Below are positions 18,066-28,563 of a stretch of 52,169 nt of DNA, one piece after another. Position 1 is the stretch's first letter. Every line of letters starts with the position of its first letter. A model generated the notes under the pieces. That model ran no database searches, was not told where the DNA came from, and saw nothing but the letters and a program-made list of their open reading frames with translations. Origin of the DNA: an uncultured archaeon (GTDB lineage: Archaea > Asgardarchaeota > Lokiarchaeia > Sigyniarchaeales > SOKP01); assembly GCA_964632315.1 (NCBI GenBank), contig CAZWEM010000029.1, positions 3,271 through 55,439 of the forward strand, written 5' to 3'. Position numbers and translations under genes: made by a program.

Positions 18066-19100
18066 ATGAAAATCCCAAAAGGAATTGAAGGTGATTATAT
18101 CGAAACTAAGACTCCATCACTTTTTTTTGATGTTAAAGGCATACTTCATCCTAGTGATAGAAAGATTTGCTACTTGAGATTCGTACCAGATGAAAATGGT
18201 GATCGTGTTAAAGATGGGCTTAAATACAAAAAAGTTTATGATTTAGAGGAGAGAGAACTTTTAATCCAAAAGAAATATCCACAATATCATTTTTATTTTC
18301 CAGAATATGATATGAATCTTCAAAGTGTGAAAAATGAGGAAATAAAGAGGATATATTCTCCACGCCGATACCTCAATTTGTTAAGAAATAAAGATAACCT
18401 AACCAAATTTGAAAAAAGGAGTCTTGATCTATGTGATCTTTTAAATTCTGAAGGAAGTATACCAGAAGGCCAAATTGGTATAACTGGATCACCTATGATT
18501 GGATTAAATTTAAAAAAGTCTGACATTGATCTGATAATATATGGTACAAAAGTTTGCCGAGACTTACAGCCCCATCTGGAGTCACTTTTTAAAAAGACTA
18601 ATTTTTTTAGACACTATACTCTTAAAGAGTATGAAAAGCATTATAAGTGGAGGGTTGGTGGATCTGATATAAGTTTCGACCAATTTATGAGAACAGAAAA
18701 ACGTAAGCTCCATCAGGGAAAATTTTATGGCGTTGATTTTTTTATTCGTTATATTAAGAGTCCTTATGATTGGAAAGGTACATTTTATCAATATAAATTT
18801 AAAAATCTTGGAAGAATATCTTTGATCGGTAAAATATTAGACATTGATGATGGACTATTTACCCCTTGTTCTTATAAAGTAAACTGCGAAAAAATAATTA
18901 CTAGTGATTTTGGGTCATATAAAAATTATTCGAATTTAAATGAAGTATTCTCATATAGAGGTAGGTTTTGTGAGCAAGCTAGAGTGGGAGAGAGATTCTT
19001 AATTAATGGAAAACTTGAGGAAGTTCATCATGAAGGTGTTACTCATTATAGAGTTATATTAACCCATCAAAAACTTGATAAAATGATTCTAATGACGTAA
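18066..19100 (+). CDS. Archaeal nucleotidyltransferase-domain protein (COG1665-like)
   Basis: GITGS...SDIDLIIYG (GS/DxD), N-terminal KGILHP..YLR, C-terminal SYRGRF.EQ. Confidence 0.78.
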   Translation: MKIPKGIEGDYIETKTPSLFFDVKGILHPSDRKICYLRFVPDENGDRVKDGLKYKKVYDLEERELLIQKKYPQYHFYFPEYDMNLQSVKNEEIKRIYSPRRYLNLLRNKDNLTKFEKRSLDLCDLLNSEGSIPEGQIGITGSPMIGLNLKKSDIDLIIYGTKVCRDLQPHLESLFKKTNFFRHYTLKEYEKHYKWRVGGSDISFDQFMRTEKRKLHQGKFYGVDFFIRYIKSPYDWKGTFYQYKFKNLGRISLIGKILDIDDGLFTPCSYKVNCEKIITSDFGSYKNYSNLNEVFSYRGRFCEQARVGERFLINGKLEEVHHEGVTHYRVILTHQKLDKMILMT

Positions 19101-19160
19101 TCATTCAATTTCTCTTATATCAATAAAAAATAATAGTTAAATTTCATTAAATGAATGTAG

Positions 19161-20174
19161 ATGATTGAACAATTAAAAAAAACTGTTGAATTAGATCCAA
19201 GCGATTTAGATGGTTGGATAAATTTAGGAGACGCTTATTACGATTCAGATAATTTTGATAATGCAATAGGAGCATATAGAGAAGCGTTAAAAATTAATCC
19301 TGACTTCTCGGAGGTTTGGAATAACCTCGGACTCGCCTATTCAATGAAGGGCGAGTATGATAAGGCAATTGAATGCTATGAGAAGGTTTTAGAAATAGAA
19401 CCAGATGATGCTATAACTTATTATAATATGGCTTTTGCTTATGAAGATAAAAATGAACTAGAGCTTGCCCTCAAATATTATAAAAAAGCTTTAGAAATTG
19501 ATCCGAGCTATACTGATGCTTTTAACAATATCGCGTTAATTTATCGGGATTTACAAAAGTATGAGAAAGCAATTGATTCATATGAAAAAGCAATCAATAT
19601 TAATCCTGATGAGGTAACACTTTATACAAATTTAGCAACTGTCTATTATGACAAAAAAGACCTTAATAACGCAATAGCCTATTATCAAAAAGCTTTAGAA
19701 ATTGAACCAGAAAATGTTGAAATTTGGTTAGAATTAGGAGATCTTGGATATGAAAAATCTGATTTTGATCTTGCCATGAAATGTTATAAGAAAGCATTAA
19801 AAAATGATCCAAGTAGTATCGAAGCATGGAATAACCTCGGCTTAGTTTATACAATTCAAGAAGAATATGAAAAATCTATCAATTGTTATAAAAAAGCTTT
19901 AAAAATCGATCCAAATGACTCAATATTAAATGATAACCTTGGATTTAGTTATTATGCAATAAATGATTACGAAAAAGCAATCAAATATTATAAGAAATCT
20001 CTCAATATTAATCCTAACAATATTCCTTCATTAAAGAAATTAGGAACTCTGTATTTCGATGTGAAGAAAGATTACCAAAAAGCAATCTCCCTCTTTAAAA
20101 GAGTAATTGAACTTGATCCTAATGATGATGATACAAAGACAATACTCGAAGCATATTCTGATAAACCTAAATGA
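19161..20174 (+). CDS. Tetratricopeptide repeat protein (about 9-10 x 34 aa)
   Basis: Repeated W.NLG..Y....Y..AI..Y.KAL.I.P. Confidence 0.95.
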   Translation: MIEQLKKTVELDPSDLDGWINLGDAYYDSDNFDNAIGAYREALKINPDFSEVWNNLGLAYSMKGEYDKAIECYEKVLEIEPDDAITYYNMAFAYEDKNELELALKYYKKALEIDPSYTDAFNNIALIYRDLQKYEKAIDSYEKAININPDEVTLYTNLATVYYDKKDLNNAIAYYQKALEIEPENVEIWLELGDLGYEKSDFDLAMKCYKKALKNDPSSIEAWNNLGLVYTIQEEYEKSINCYKKALKIDPNDSILNDNLGFSYYAINDYEKAIKYYKKSLNINPNNIPSLKKLGTLYFDVKKDYQKAISLFKRVIELDPNDDDTKTILEAYSDKPK

Positions 20175-20240
20175 CCAAAAACTTGTTTCTTAATGTATAT
20201 ATGATTAACCTTATTATTTAAGTACATTTTTCCTTATTTA

Positions 20241-21551
20241 ATGAAATTTTATAATGCTGATTTACATATCCACTCCCCACATTCGATTGCAGTCTCTAAA
20301 GCTTTGAATTTGGATACAATGATTGTAACAAGCAGAAAGAAAGGGTTAAATATTTTAGGAACAGGCGACGTGCTTCAACCTGATTGGTTTAATTACATGA
20401 AACAGAATCTCCAAAAAGATAGAGATGGTTCATTTTCTTACAAAGGGACGTACTTCATTTTACAATCAGAAATTGAAGATGAAGAGAGCATTCATCACGT
20501 AGTGCTTTTTCCCGATTTTAATATTGTACTCGAAATTCAAAAAAAATTAGCACCACATTCTAAAAATATAAAAAATGAATGGGGTGGAAGACCAAGAGTA
20601 AATTTACCTCCTGGAAGACTTGTTGATATAATTACTGATTACGGTGCAATTATTGGACCTGCTCATGCATTTACTCCATTCAAGGCTATATTTCGACAAA
20701 ATAAATATAAATCTTTAGAAGATTGTTATGGAGGATCAACAAAAAAAGTTTCTTTTTTAGAATTAGGATTATCTGCCAATACTCAACTTGCTGACAGGCT
20801 GAACTTTCTTAAAGATGTTTCTTTTTTAAGTAACAGCGACGCACATTCAGAAAGCCCCCGTTCTTTAGGGCGTGAGTTTAATCAGTTTGAAATTGAATCT
20901 CCCTCTTTTGAGGAAATTCTACTCGCAATTAGACGTAGAGATGGAAGGAAAATTGTATTAAATGTTGGATTGCATCCAAAACTCGGAAAGTATTATAATA
21001 TGTTCTGTAGCAAATGTAGGAGGAGAGTGATTTTTAAAAAATCTAATGATCAACCAGATATGATTTTAAAAAGATATCGAATTACAGATGATTTTATAAT
21101 TATCTATAGTAATAACCCCAAAACTAATAAACACAATTACATTGAGAAGGTCTCAAAGAATAAAGTGATTTGTCCCGCTTGTAAACAATACGAAGATAAA
21201 AATTACAAAATTAAACTTGGTGTGAGTGAAAGAATTGATGTGATCTCTACATATAAGACACCCATTCATCCTAGTCATCGTCCTAAATATGTCAACGCAA
21301 TTCCTCTTTTTGATATTATTCGTTCTATAAAAGGAATCAAAAGTGTGAGTAGCAAGACAGTTTTTAATGAGTATGAACAAATAATAGAGAAACTAGGAAC
21401 TGAATTTAACATCTTAATTGATCTCTCATTAGAGACGATTGAAAAATTCGATTCTAATATTGCATCAGTAATAAAAGCAATGAGAAACAACGAGATAAAT
21501 TATTCTCCCGGAGGAGGGGGAACATATGGACAAATAAAACTTGATATTTGA
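20241..21551 (+). CDS. PHP-family endonuclease Q-like protein (TIGR00375-like)
   Basis: ADLHIHS, GTGD, PAHAFTP, ELGLSA, SNSDAHS, LGRE, LGKY, CSKC...CPAC, GV.ER, PGGGGTYG. Confidence 0.85.
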   Translation: MKFYNADLHIHSPHSIAVSKALNLDTMIVTSRKKGLNILGTGDVLQPDWFNYMKQNLQKDRDGSFSYKGTYFILQSEIEDEESIHHVVLFPDFNIVLEIQKKLAPHSKNIKNEWGGRPRVNLPPGRLVDIITDYGAIIGPAHAFTPFKAIFRQNKYKSLEDCYGGSTKKVSFLELGLSANTQLADRLNFLKDVSFLSNSDAHSESPRSLGREFNQFEIESPSFEEILLAIRRRDGRKIVLNVGLHPKLGKYYNMFCSKCRRRVIFKKSNDQPDMILKRYRITDDFIIIYSNNPKTNKHNYIEKVSKNKVICPACKQYEDKNYKIKLGVSERIDVISTYKTPIHPSHRPKYVNAIPLFDIIRSIKGIKSVSSKTVFNEYEQIIEKLGTEFNILIDLSLETIEKFDSNIASVIKAMRNNEINYSPGGGGTYGQIKLDI

Positions 21552-21564
21552 TATGAGACAATAT

Positions 21565-21804
21565 CTAAATATTAAATTCAAGAGTGAGGTTTAGTAATTC
21601 TCCACACTTATTACAACATAACCAATCAAATATTTTCAATGTAACTACCATTAATTCTAACTCATTTCGGGGAAATTGATTTCTGAACTTTTTAACATAT
21701 TCGCAGGTGGGACAACTAATAATTGCTCTTACTTTAATTATGTCATCTCTATTTTCCGATGGCAGAAGAGCTTGTTCACTGTCCTTATTTGATTCAATTT
21801 CCAC
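21565..21804 (-). CDS. Small zinc-ribbon protein
   Basis: CPTC...CCNKCG; GAGG upstream of GTG start. Confidence 0.65.
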   Translation of the reverse strand: MEIESNKDSEQALLPSENRDDIIKVRAIISCPTCEYVKKFRNQFPRNELELMVVTLKIFDWLCCNKCGELLNLTLEFNI

Positions 21805-21992
21805 GATTCAGAATACCTCGTGAAGAAATAATAATAATTCAATCTTATAAATTTATTTCTCTTGCTTATTGTCTTATTATTCCTACGAATAAGTTGAAGT
21901 AAGACAAGATCATATTAAGAAGATGATACATCAATATTACTTCCTTATATTATTCTGATATAATACTCATATTATATGTTAACTTCTTCCAA

Positions 21993-23150
21993 ATGCAGGT
22001 TATTCTTATGAATGATGAAAATTACGACCTCTCAGAACTAGCCAAATCAAGAATGTCAGTACGCTCTCGATTTAATGAAATAGCTAAACAAAATCAAGGT
22101 TCCAAAACTGGTTTAAGTTTAGATAACGATAATTATTTGTCTGAACTATTAAAAGTTTTGAAAATCAAATCCTTAGTAGTTGGTGTTGGAGGTGCGGGGA
22201 ATAATACAGTTTCTAGAATGAATGACTTGGGTTCAAGTGAAATTGAGACTTTAAATATAAATACTGATGCCCATGATCTATTTTATTCAAATGCTAATCA
22301 AAAGTTGCTAATTGGCAAGGAAACATGTAACGGTCTTGGCTCTGGTAATGATCCACAAATAGGAGCTACTGCTGCAGAGGAAGATGTTGAAAGATTATCA
22401 GATATATTAACTACGGACGTTGTATTTATTACTTTTGGTTTGGGTGGAGGTACTGGTACAGGCGCTGCTCCTATAATCGCGAGAGAGGCGAAAAAAAATG
22501 GAGCTACTGTTGTTTCTTTCTGCTCCGTTCCATTTACTTCAGAAGGAAAAGAAAGAACAGGAAGAGCTAAATTGGGTCTGAAACACCTTGCTGAATTTTC
22601 AGATACGTTGATTCCCATTCCAAATGATAATTTGTTACGATTTAACCAGAACTTACCAATATTGACTGGATTTAAGATAATGGATGAAGTACTTATCAGG
22701 TGTATTAGGGAAATTCTCAATTTAATAAATAATTGCGGACTAATTAACATTGATTATGCAGATGTTAGAAAGGTTTTAGAAAAAAAGGGTAATTATCCTT
22801 CTGGGCTAATAGGAATAACTGAATCTTTGGGTGATGATGGTGATTTGGTAAAAAAAGCAAAACTAGCATTAAACAACCCTCTATTAGAACCAGATCCTAC
22901 TAAAGTTGACAACTGTATAGTCTCTGTTGCTGGAGATCATCGTATCTCTCTGTCAAAAATAGATAAAATTATCTCTGCGATTTCTAACGAAATCCCGGAC
23001 GAAGCTTCTTTAAAGTTTGGTACATCCCTCAACCCCCTACTAAGATCAAAAATTCGCATAATGGCGTTAGGCAGGGGTCCTATTTCTCCTTATGTGACCG
23101 CAGCAGTTAACGATACTAACTTCCCTCAATCTAATCTTAATCTACTATGA
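21993..23150 (+). CDS. ftsZ: Cell division protein FtsZ
   Basis: GVGGAGNN, NTD, GLGSG.DP, GLGGGTGTGAAP, PF..EG..R, T7 loop GLINIDYAD. Confidence 0.93.
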   Translation: MQVILMNDENYDLSELAKSRMSVRSRFNEIAKQNQGSKTGLSLDNDNYLSELLKVLKIKSLVVGVGGAGNNTVSRMNDLGSSEIETLNINTDAHDLFYSNANQKLLIGKETCNGLGSGNDPQIGATAAEEDVERLSDILTTDVVFITFGLGGGTGTGAAPIIAREAKKNGATVVSFCSVPFTSEGKERTGRAKLGLKHLAEFSDTLIPIPNDNLLRFNQNLPILTGFKIMDEVLIRCIREILNLINNCGLINIDYADVRKVLEKKGNYPSGLIGITESLGDDGDLVKKAKLALNNPLLEPDPTKVDNCIVSVAGDHRISLSKIDKIISAISNEIPDEASLKFGTSLNPLLRSKIRIMALGRGPISPYVTAAVNDTNFPQSNLNLL

Positions 23151-23355
23151 GATTTGCTAAATTTTTAAAATTATAATTCAAATGGATCAGTTTTCTTTCA
23201 AAAAATTAGGATAACCTTAAATTTACGAAAATTTAAATAAAATTTCATTCATTTTAATGACTAACGTAGATAATAGCGTAGTAAGTAACAAATTTTAAAA
23301 AATTTACCAGAATATATATTAAAAATAATATTTAGAAATTCATTGGTGTTCTTAT

Positions 23356-23805
23356 TTGAATAAAGAAATGCCTATTGACGAACTTAAAGAAGAAATAAGA
23401 GCATTCTTAAACGATAGAAAAGCTCTCGTGTTATGCACATGTTTGAATAATGTCCCTCGTGCGACTCCTATGGATTTTTATATGAATAAATCTCAAAATA
23501 ACTTTAACATTTATGTGGGCCTCGCTCCGGGTAGAAAGGTAAAGAATGTAGAAGAGAATCCCATTGTAAGCATTGGGATTTATACACCAATGGATACGGG
23601 AAAAATTCAAGGAGTTCAAATAACAGCGAGTGGGAAAGAAAGGTTAAGATTCCTTCGTGAAAATGATGAGGAATTTGAATCAGCACAAAAGATAGTTCGA
23701 GGTAAAAGAAACCTGATCTTAAAAATTATCCCCGAGAAAATTGAGATGTTGGATTATGATTTTGTTAAGAGAGGATATTCTCGTTTTCAAGATTTAGAAT
23801 TATAA
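23356..23805 (+). CDS. Pyridoxamine 5'-phosphate oxidase-like (split-barrel flavin/F420-binding) protein
   Basis: LCTC..NVPRATP, RKVKNVEENPIVS, GVQI; GGTG RBS. Confidence 0.75.
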   Translation: MNKEMPIDELKEEIRAFLNDRKALVLCTCLNNVPRATPMDFYMNKSQNNFNIYVGLAPGRKVKNVEENPIVSIGIYTPMDTGKIQGVQITASGKERLRFLRENDEEFESAQKIVRGKRNLILKIIPEKIEMLDYDFVKRGYSRFQDLEL

Positions 23806-23820
23806 AATAAAAAAAAATGA

Positions 23821-24123
23821 TTATTTTTTAAATAAATCTAACGCTTCATTCCCGGGAACTAATAGATTAACCTTAAATTTATACCCTTCAAAAGCCGAAG
23901 CGAAAGCAGCTAATCTTTTTGTTATGCCTTTCATGCCTTCATATAATTTTTCTTCAGGTATTTCGTAGATATTATATGTTATATATTCGTAATCAGAAGC
24001 CATCCATTGGTTCACTCGTTTAACAAATTCTGGATATTTGGTTGCTTTACCCGAAAGATAATACTTTACGAGTTCATCCGCTATGTGAGGTGGATATTTT
24101 ACGATACTCATTACGTTAACCAT
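23821..24123 (-). CDS. Hypothetical small alpha/beta protein
   Basis: Clean ORF with coding-like composition; start probably ATG 24123 or 24138. Confidence 0.6.
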   Translation of the reverse strand: MVNVMSIVKYPPHIADELVKYYLSGKATKYPEFVKRVNQWMASDYEYITYNIYEIPEEKLYEGMKGITKRLAAFASAFEGYKFKVNLLVPGNEALDLFKK

Positions 24124-24331
24124 TTTGAATTTCACCATTAACGTTAACAATTTAAATTGGATTGTTAAGATCATATAGTTCAAGATCAAAATATAAAATT
24201 TTACATTTTTGGAAAAATAGGCTTTCCTATAAACGAAGACTTGTAAGAATCTAAATAAAACTTAATAGAAGAATCTTAATTTTACCAAATATTAGTTATT
24301 GACAAATTTAAATGCGATATAGTTATTCATC

Positions 24332-27295
24332 ATGCTTTCAGACAAGGAAGTTGAACAGCTCAAACATTCTAGAACGGATAAGGATTTGAAAAAAATCTTT
24401 AAACAAATTGCTTCAAAAAATCCTAATACTTATTTTCCAACAAAAGAACTAAAGCAACTTGGATATATTAGGAAACAATGTAAAAATTGTGGGGTATATT
24501 TTTGGACAACTCTTAAAAATAGAAATTTTTGTGGAGATCCTACTTGTGCAGGAGGTTTTAAAGTCACTTCAGATAACCCAGTGAAGGTTAAATTGTCCTA
24601 TGTAGGAGTTTGGAAAAAAATTGTTGAAATATTGGAACCCAGAGGGTATAAACCAATAAAGAGATATCCATGCGTTGCGAGATGGAATCCCACCTCAGAA
24701 TTTACAATTGCATCCATTTCTGCGTTCCAACCATACGTCATAACAGGAGAAGTTGACCCTCCTGCTAAAAAATTGATAATACCCCAGTTTTGTTTGAGAT
24801 TCAATGATATTGAGAACGTAGGACTTACAGGTTCGCACGCTTCAGGGTTTGTAATGATTGGTCAACATTTTTTTGGCACACCTGAAGAATGGAATCAAGG
24901 GGAATTGTTTATGGATATTCACGATTTCATACATATAGGCGTAGGCCTTCCGAAGGAAGAAATTACTATTCATGAAGATTCATGGGCTGGGGGAGGGTCT
25001 TTTGGTTGCAGTCTTGAATTTTTCAGTAGAGGGGTCGAACTCTTTAACCAAGTATATACGATGTTTGAACAAACATCTCAAGGTCCAAGAGAACTCTCAT
25101 TGAAAGTGTTAGATATGGGTCTTGGACAAGAACGAGTAGCTTGGTTTTCACAGGGCACACCTAACATCTATGAAGCTACATTTCCTAAAGTTCTCTCAAA
25201 ATTGAGAGCTCTAACACGAATTAAATTAGATTTTAACTTATATATTGAATTCTCGAAATATTCTGCCTATTTGAACATTGATGAGGTTGAGGATTTAGAT
25301 GAAGCCTGGCAAAAAGTAGGAAAAGAACTCAATATTGAGGTTGATAAACTTAAAAACATAATTTTACCCATGACCGCGCTTTATTCAATAGCAGAACACG
25401 CTCGCACTCTATTATTTGGTATAAATGATGGCAAGTTACCTTCAAACACTGGTGGTGGATATAATTTAAGAGTAATCTTTAGACGGGCTATTGGATTCAT
25501 AGATGAGTTCAATTGGGACATTGATTTAGCAGATGTATGTGAGTGGCACGCAGAAGAATTATTTGAATTATTTCCTGAGGTCTCAGAACATCTCAAAGAA
25601 ATCAGGGAAATTTTAGAAGTAGAGAAAGTAAAATATTATAGAACTAAGGAAGAAGCATTAAAAACTTTAAAAAACGTCTTGAAAAAAGGAGATATTACCA
25701 AAGAGATGTTGATTGAATTATATGATTCAAAGGGGATAAATCCTGAAATGGTCAAAAAAGTAGCGTTTAATTTTGGTAAGATAGTCAAGATTCCGGATAA
25801 TTTTTATAGCTTAATCGTTGAAAGCCATGAAAAAGTCGAACAAATTCATGCAACTGAAAAAAAAGTTGACTTAAATCTTAAAAATGTACCTAATACTAAA
25901 TCACTTTATTATTTTGATTACACTAAAACCTCAAATGAAGCTAAAGTATTAAAAATCATAAATAAAATGGTAATTGTAGACCAATCTGTGGCATATCCAA
26001 CCTCAGGGGGCCAATTACATGATATAGGTACGATCAATGGTCAAAAATTTAACGATGTTTTTAGGCAAGGTAACCATGTAATTCATGTATTAGAAGAGAA
26101 TCCAACCTTTAATGAAGGAGCCCAAGTTATAATTTCAGTAGATAAAAGGTGGAGAAAACAGTTATCGCAACATCATACTGCCACTCACATTGTAAATGCT
26201 GCTGCAAGGGAGGTATTAGGAAGCCACATCAATCAAGCAGGAGCTAAAAAGACTCTTAGAAGTTCTCATCTCGATATCACTCATTACGAGCAAATTTCTC
26301 ATGCAACTCTAAAAATTATAGAAGAAAAAGCAAATGATATAGTTAATCAAGAAATTAATCTCAACTTATCTTTCATGCCAAGATCTGATGCTGAACAAAA
26401 GTATGGTATGGGAATTTATCAAGGAGGGGCTGTACCAGGAAAATACATTCGAATAGTTGAAATCCCTGGATACGATGTAGAAGCTTGTGGAGGGACGCAT
26501 TTGAATAATACTGGTGAAACTGGAAAGATTCGAATCTTAAATTCCCAGAAAATACAAGATGGGGTTGTTAGATTAACTTTTACTGCAGGAGAGGCAACTG
26601 ATGAGATTGAAAAAAGAAATCAAAAAATTTTAAATAAAATACAAGATCTACTAAACGTTAAAACTGAACAGATAATCCCAAGAATAGAAGAACTACTGAA
26701 AAAATGGAAAGAAGTGAACAAAGCTCTTAAATCGGGTAAATTTGATAAAAGGGATTTGATTCTCAATTCAAAAGGAATCTTTAAGGGAGAAATTATCCCA
26801 GAATTGGCAAAAATTCTGAATACAAAAGAAAAAGGAGTATATCAGAAAATTAAGAAACTTTATGAAGAATGGAATTTATCAAAAGCAAAATTAGAGGAAA
26901 TTTCTGATTTATTAGATGATTCATCAATCAAAGAAGTAATTGATAGTGCTATAAAATTAAATGATTATGAAATCGTTATTGAAACAGTAGAAGGTGTCAG
27001 TCAAAAAGATTTGAAGAACTATAGCAGTAAAGTAGTTAACCAATCAGCCGAAATTATTACCATATTTATCGATAAAGCTAAAAAAGGAATTATTCTTATG
27101 GGTATGATAGGAGAAAAAGGAGTTGACGAGAAAATATTTAATATGGGAAATTTATTAAAAGAAATCAGCGAGAATTTTGACGGTAAAGGTGGCGGAGGTC
27201 TTGATTTTGGGCAAGGGTTCATAAGGGATTTATCAATTAGTTTAAATGAACTTAAAACTCTGATAATTGACAAAATTCGAAATTTAATTAGCTAA
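24332..27295 (+). CDS. alaS: Alanine--tRNA ligase (archaeal type)
   Basis: N-terminal CKNC...CG zinc motif, ASI..FQP, QFCLR..D..NVG, DMGLG.ER, GGGYNLR, editing HHTATH and EACGGTH, C-terminal GKGGG. Confidence 0.96.
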   Translation: MLSDKEVEQLKHSRTDKDLKKIFKQIASKNPNTYFPTKELKQLGYIRKQCKNCGVYFWTTLKNRNFCGDPTCAGGFKVTSDNPVKVKLSYVGVWKKIVEILEPRGYKPIKRYPCVARWNPTSEFTIASISAFQPYVITGEVDPPAKKLIIPQFCLRFNDIENVGLTGSHASGFVMIGQHFFGTPEEWNQGELFMDIHDFIHIGVGLPKEEITIHEDSWAGGGSFGCSLEFFSRGVELFNQVYTMFEQTSQGPRELSLKVLDMGLGQERVAWFSQGTPNIYEATFPKVLSKLRALTRIKLDFNLYIEFSKYSAYLNIDEVEDLDEAWQKVGKELNIEVDKLKNIILPMTALYSIAEHARTLLFGINDGKLPSNTGGGYNLRVIFRRAIGFIDEFNWDIDLADVCEWHAEELFELFPEVSEHLKEIREILEVEKVKYYRTKEEALKTLKNVLKKGDITKEMLIELYDSKGINPEMVKKVAFNFGKIVKIPDNFYSLIVESHEKVEQIHATEKKVDLNLKNVPNTKSLYYFDYTKTSNEAKVLKIINKMVIVDQSVAYPTSGGQLHDIGTINGQKFNDVFRQGNHVIHVLEENPTFNEGAQVIISVDKRWRKQLSQHHTATHIVNAAAREVLGSHINQAGAKKTLRSSHLDITHYEQISHATLKIIEEKANDIVNQEINLNLSFMPRSDAEQKYGMGIYQGGAVPGKYIRIVEIPGYDVEACGGTHLNNTGETGKIRILNSQKIQDGVVRLTFTAGEATDEIEKRNQKILNKIQDLLNVKTEQIIPRIEELLKKWKEVNKALKSGKFDKRDLILNSKGIFKGEIIPELAKILNTKEKGVYQKIKKLYEEWNLSKAKLEEISDLLDDSSIKEVIDSAIKLNDYEIVIETVEGVSQKDLKNYSSKVVNQSAEIITIFIDKAKKGIILMGMIGEKGVDEKIFNMGNLLKEISENFDGKGGGGLDFGQGFIRDLSISLNELKTLIIDKIRNLIS

Positions 27296-27450
27296 GAATA
27301 ACTATATAGAGATTTTAAAAAATCCCATTTTTAGCCATTTCAAGTCATTTTCTGGTTATTTATTCTATATAGTCTATAGAGAGAGAGTTTAAAACCAAAT
27401 TAACCTATAATTACTTGTGAAAAACTACACTAAAATAGAGCATTAGTCTA

Positions 27451-27603
27451 ATGAAGCCAATATTTGAAGAATTTTTATGTCCTAAATGTGGAAAGTATAA
27501 GATCTTAAAGATTAATGAAATATGTATAGATTGTCGAGATGAGCAAATTGTTATGGAAATTCTTAATAATACAACAAATGAGCTCGTTACCTCTACTCAA
27601 TAA
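27451..27603 (+). CDS. CPxCG-type zinc-finger microprotein (50 aa; not in ORF track)
   Basis: MKPIFEEFLCPKCGKYKILKINEICIDCRDEQIVMEILNNTTNELVTSTQ*. Confidence 0.65.
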   Translation: MKPIFEEFLCPKCGKYKILKINEICIDCRDEQIVMEILNNTTNELVTSTQ

Positions 27604-27735
27604 ACATATTTTTGAAGAAATCTCTTCTTTTTGTATTTGAACTTATAAAACTAAAAAGATTTTAAATAAAGAGTTTACTATTATTTACTAAAATATGCTT
27701 TCTTTAGGAAGTTTTTGAAAAGCGGTGTTAATTTA

Positions 27736-28554
27736 ATGGTTGAAATTATACATATTAGTGATCTGCATTATGGAAGTGAATTTGTTGGAGATTATTTTGA
27801 AAATATCATTAAATATATAGAAGAAATAGAACCAGATATAGTGATTTGCACAGGTGATATGGTTCATAAAGGAAGAATCAAACAATTTAGAGCAATACTT
27901 CCTTATATAGAAAGAATACGAGATATTTCTCCTTTTTTAGCAGTTCCTGGTAATCATGATGCAAAAAATTCAGGTTTAGTTTATTTCGAAAAAATTATTG
28001 GTCCTAGGCGATCACGAAAGGTTCTAGAAAATAAAGATACTGTAATCGTTGGGCTCTGTTCTGCTAGGGATGACATGAGTGAAGGTATGATAGGCGATGA
28101 ACAGTTAGATTTTGCAGGAAGGTGTTTTGATAAAAATCTGGAAAATCGGATAATTGCGCTTCATCATCATTTGATTCCGCCACCTCTTTCTGGTCAGAAA
28201 TTTACTACTGTAAGGGATGCTGGAGAAATCCTTGAATTAACACAATTATTTGAAGTAGATCTCGTTTTAATGGGACATAGACACGTACCCCATGCATATA
28301 TTCTAGATAATAATAGAACAGACACGATCTTTTTATATTGTGGAACCTCTACTTCAAATAAAGTTCGCGCTGATGATATTCCTAGTTTCAATCATATACG
28401 TTTAAATGAAGGTGATATAGAAGTTTATATGGTATACTCTACGAATCTCGAAAAAAACTTGCTCCTTGAAAGGAAAAGATCTAGAACAAAATTTGTCAGA
28501 CCCCGCCGAACTAGAATAGAACATTTATTAAGTTCAGAAGTTTGGGATGTATAA
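27736..28554 (+). CDS. Calcineurin-like metallophosphoesterase (CpdA/Icc-like)
   Basis: HISDLH, TGD, PGNHD, HHH, GHRH; GGTG RBS before ATG 27736. Confidence 0.88.
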   Translation: MVEIIHISDLHYGSEFVGDYFENIIKYIEEIEPDIVICTGDMVHKGRIKQFRAILPYIERIRDISPFLAVPGNHDAKNSGLVYFEKIIGPRRSRKVLENKDTVIVGLCSARDDMSEGMIGDEQLDFAGRCFDKNLENRIIALHHHLIPPPLSGQKFTTVRDAGEILELTQLFEVDLVLMGHRHVPHAYILDNNRTDTIFLYCGTSTSNKVRADDIPSFNHIRLNEGDIEVYMVYSTNLEKNLLLERKRSRTKFVRPRRTRIEHLLSSEVWDV

Positions 28555-28563
28555 AAAAGAAAA

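Noticed and set aside
19161-20174. Repeated DNA such as TGGAATAACCTCGG as CRISPR/direct repeats
   Set aside because: Explained by 34-aa TPR coding repeats
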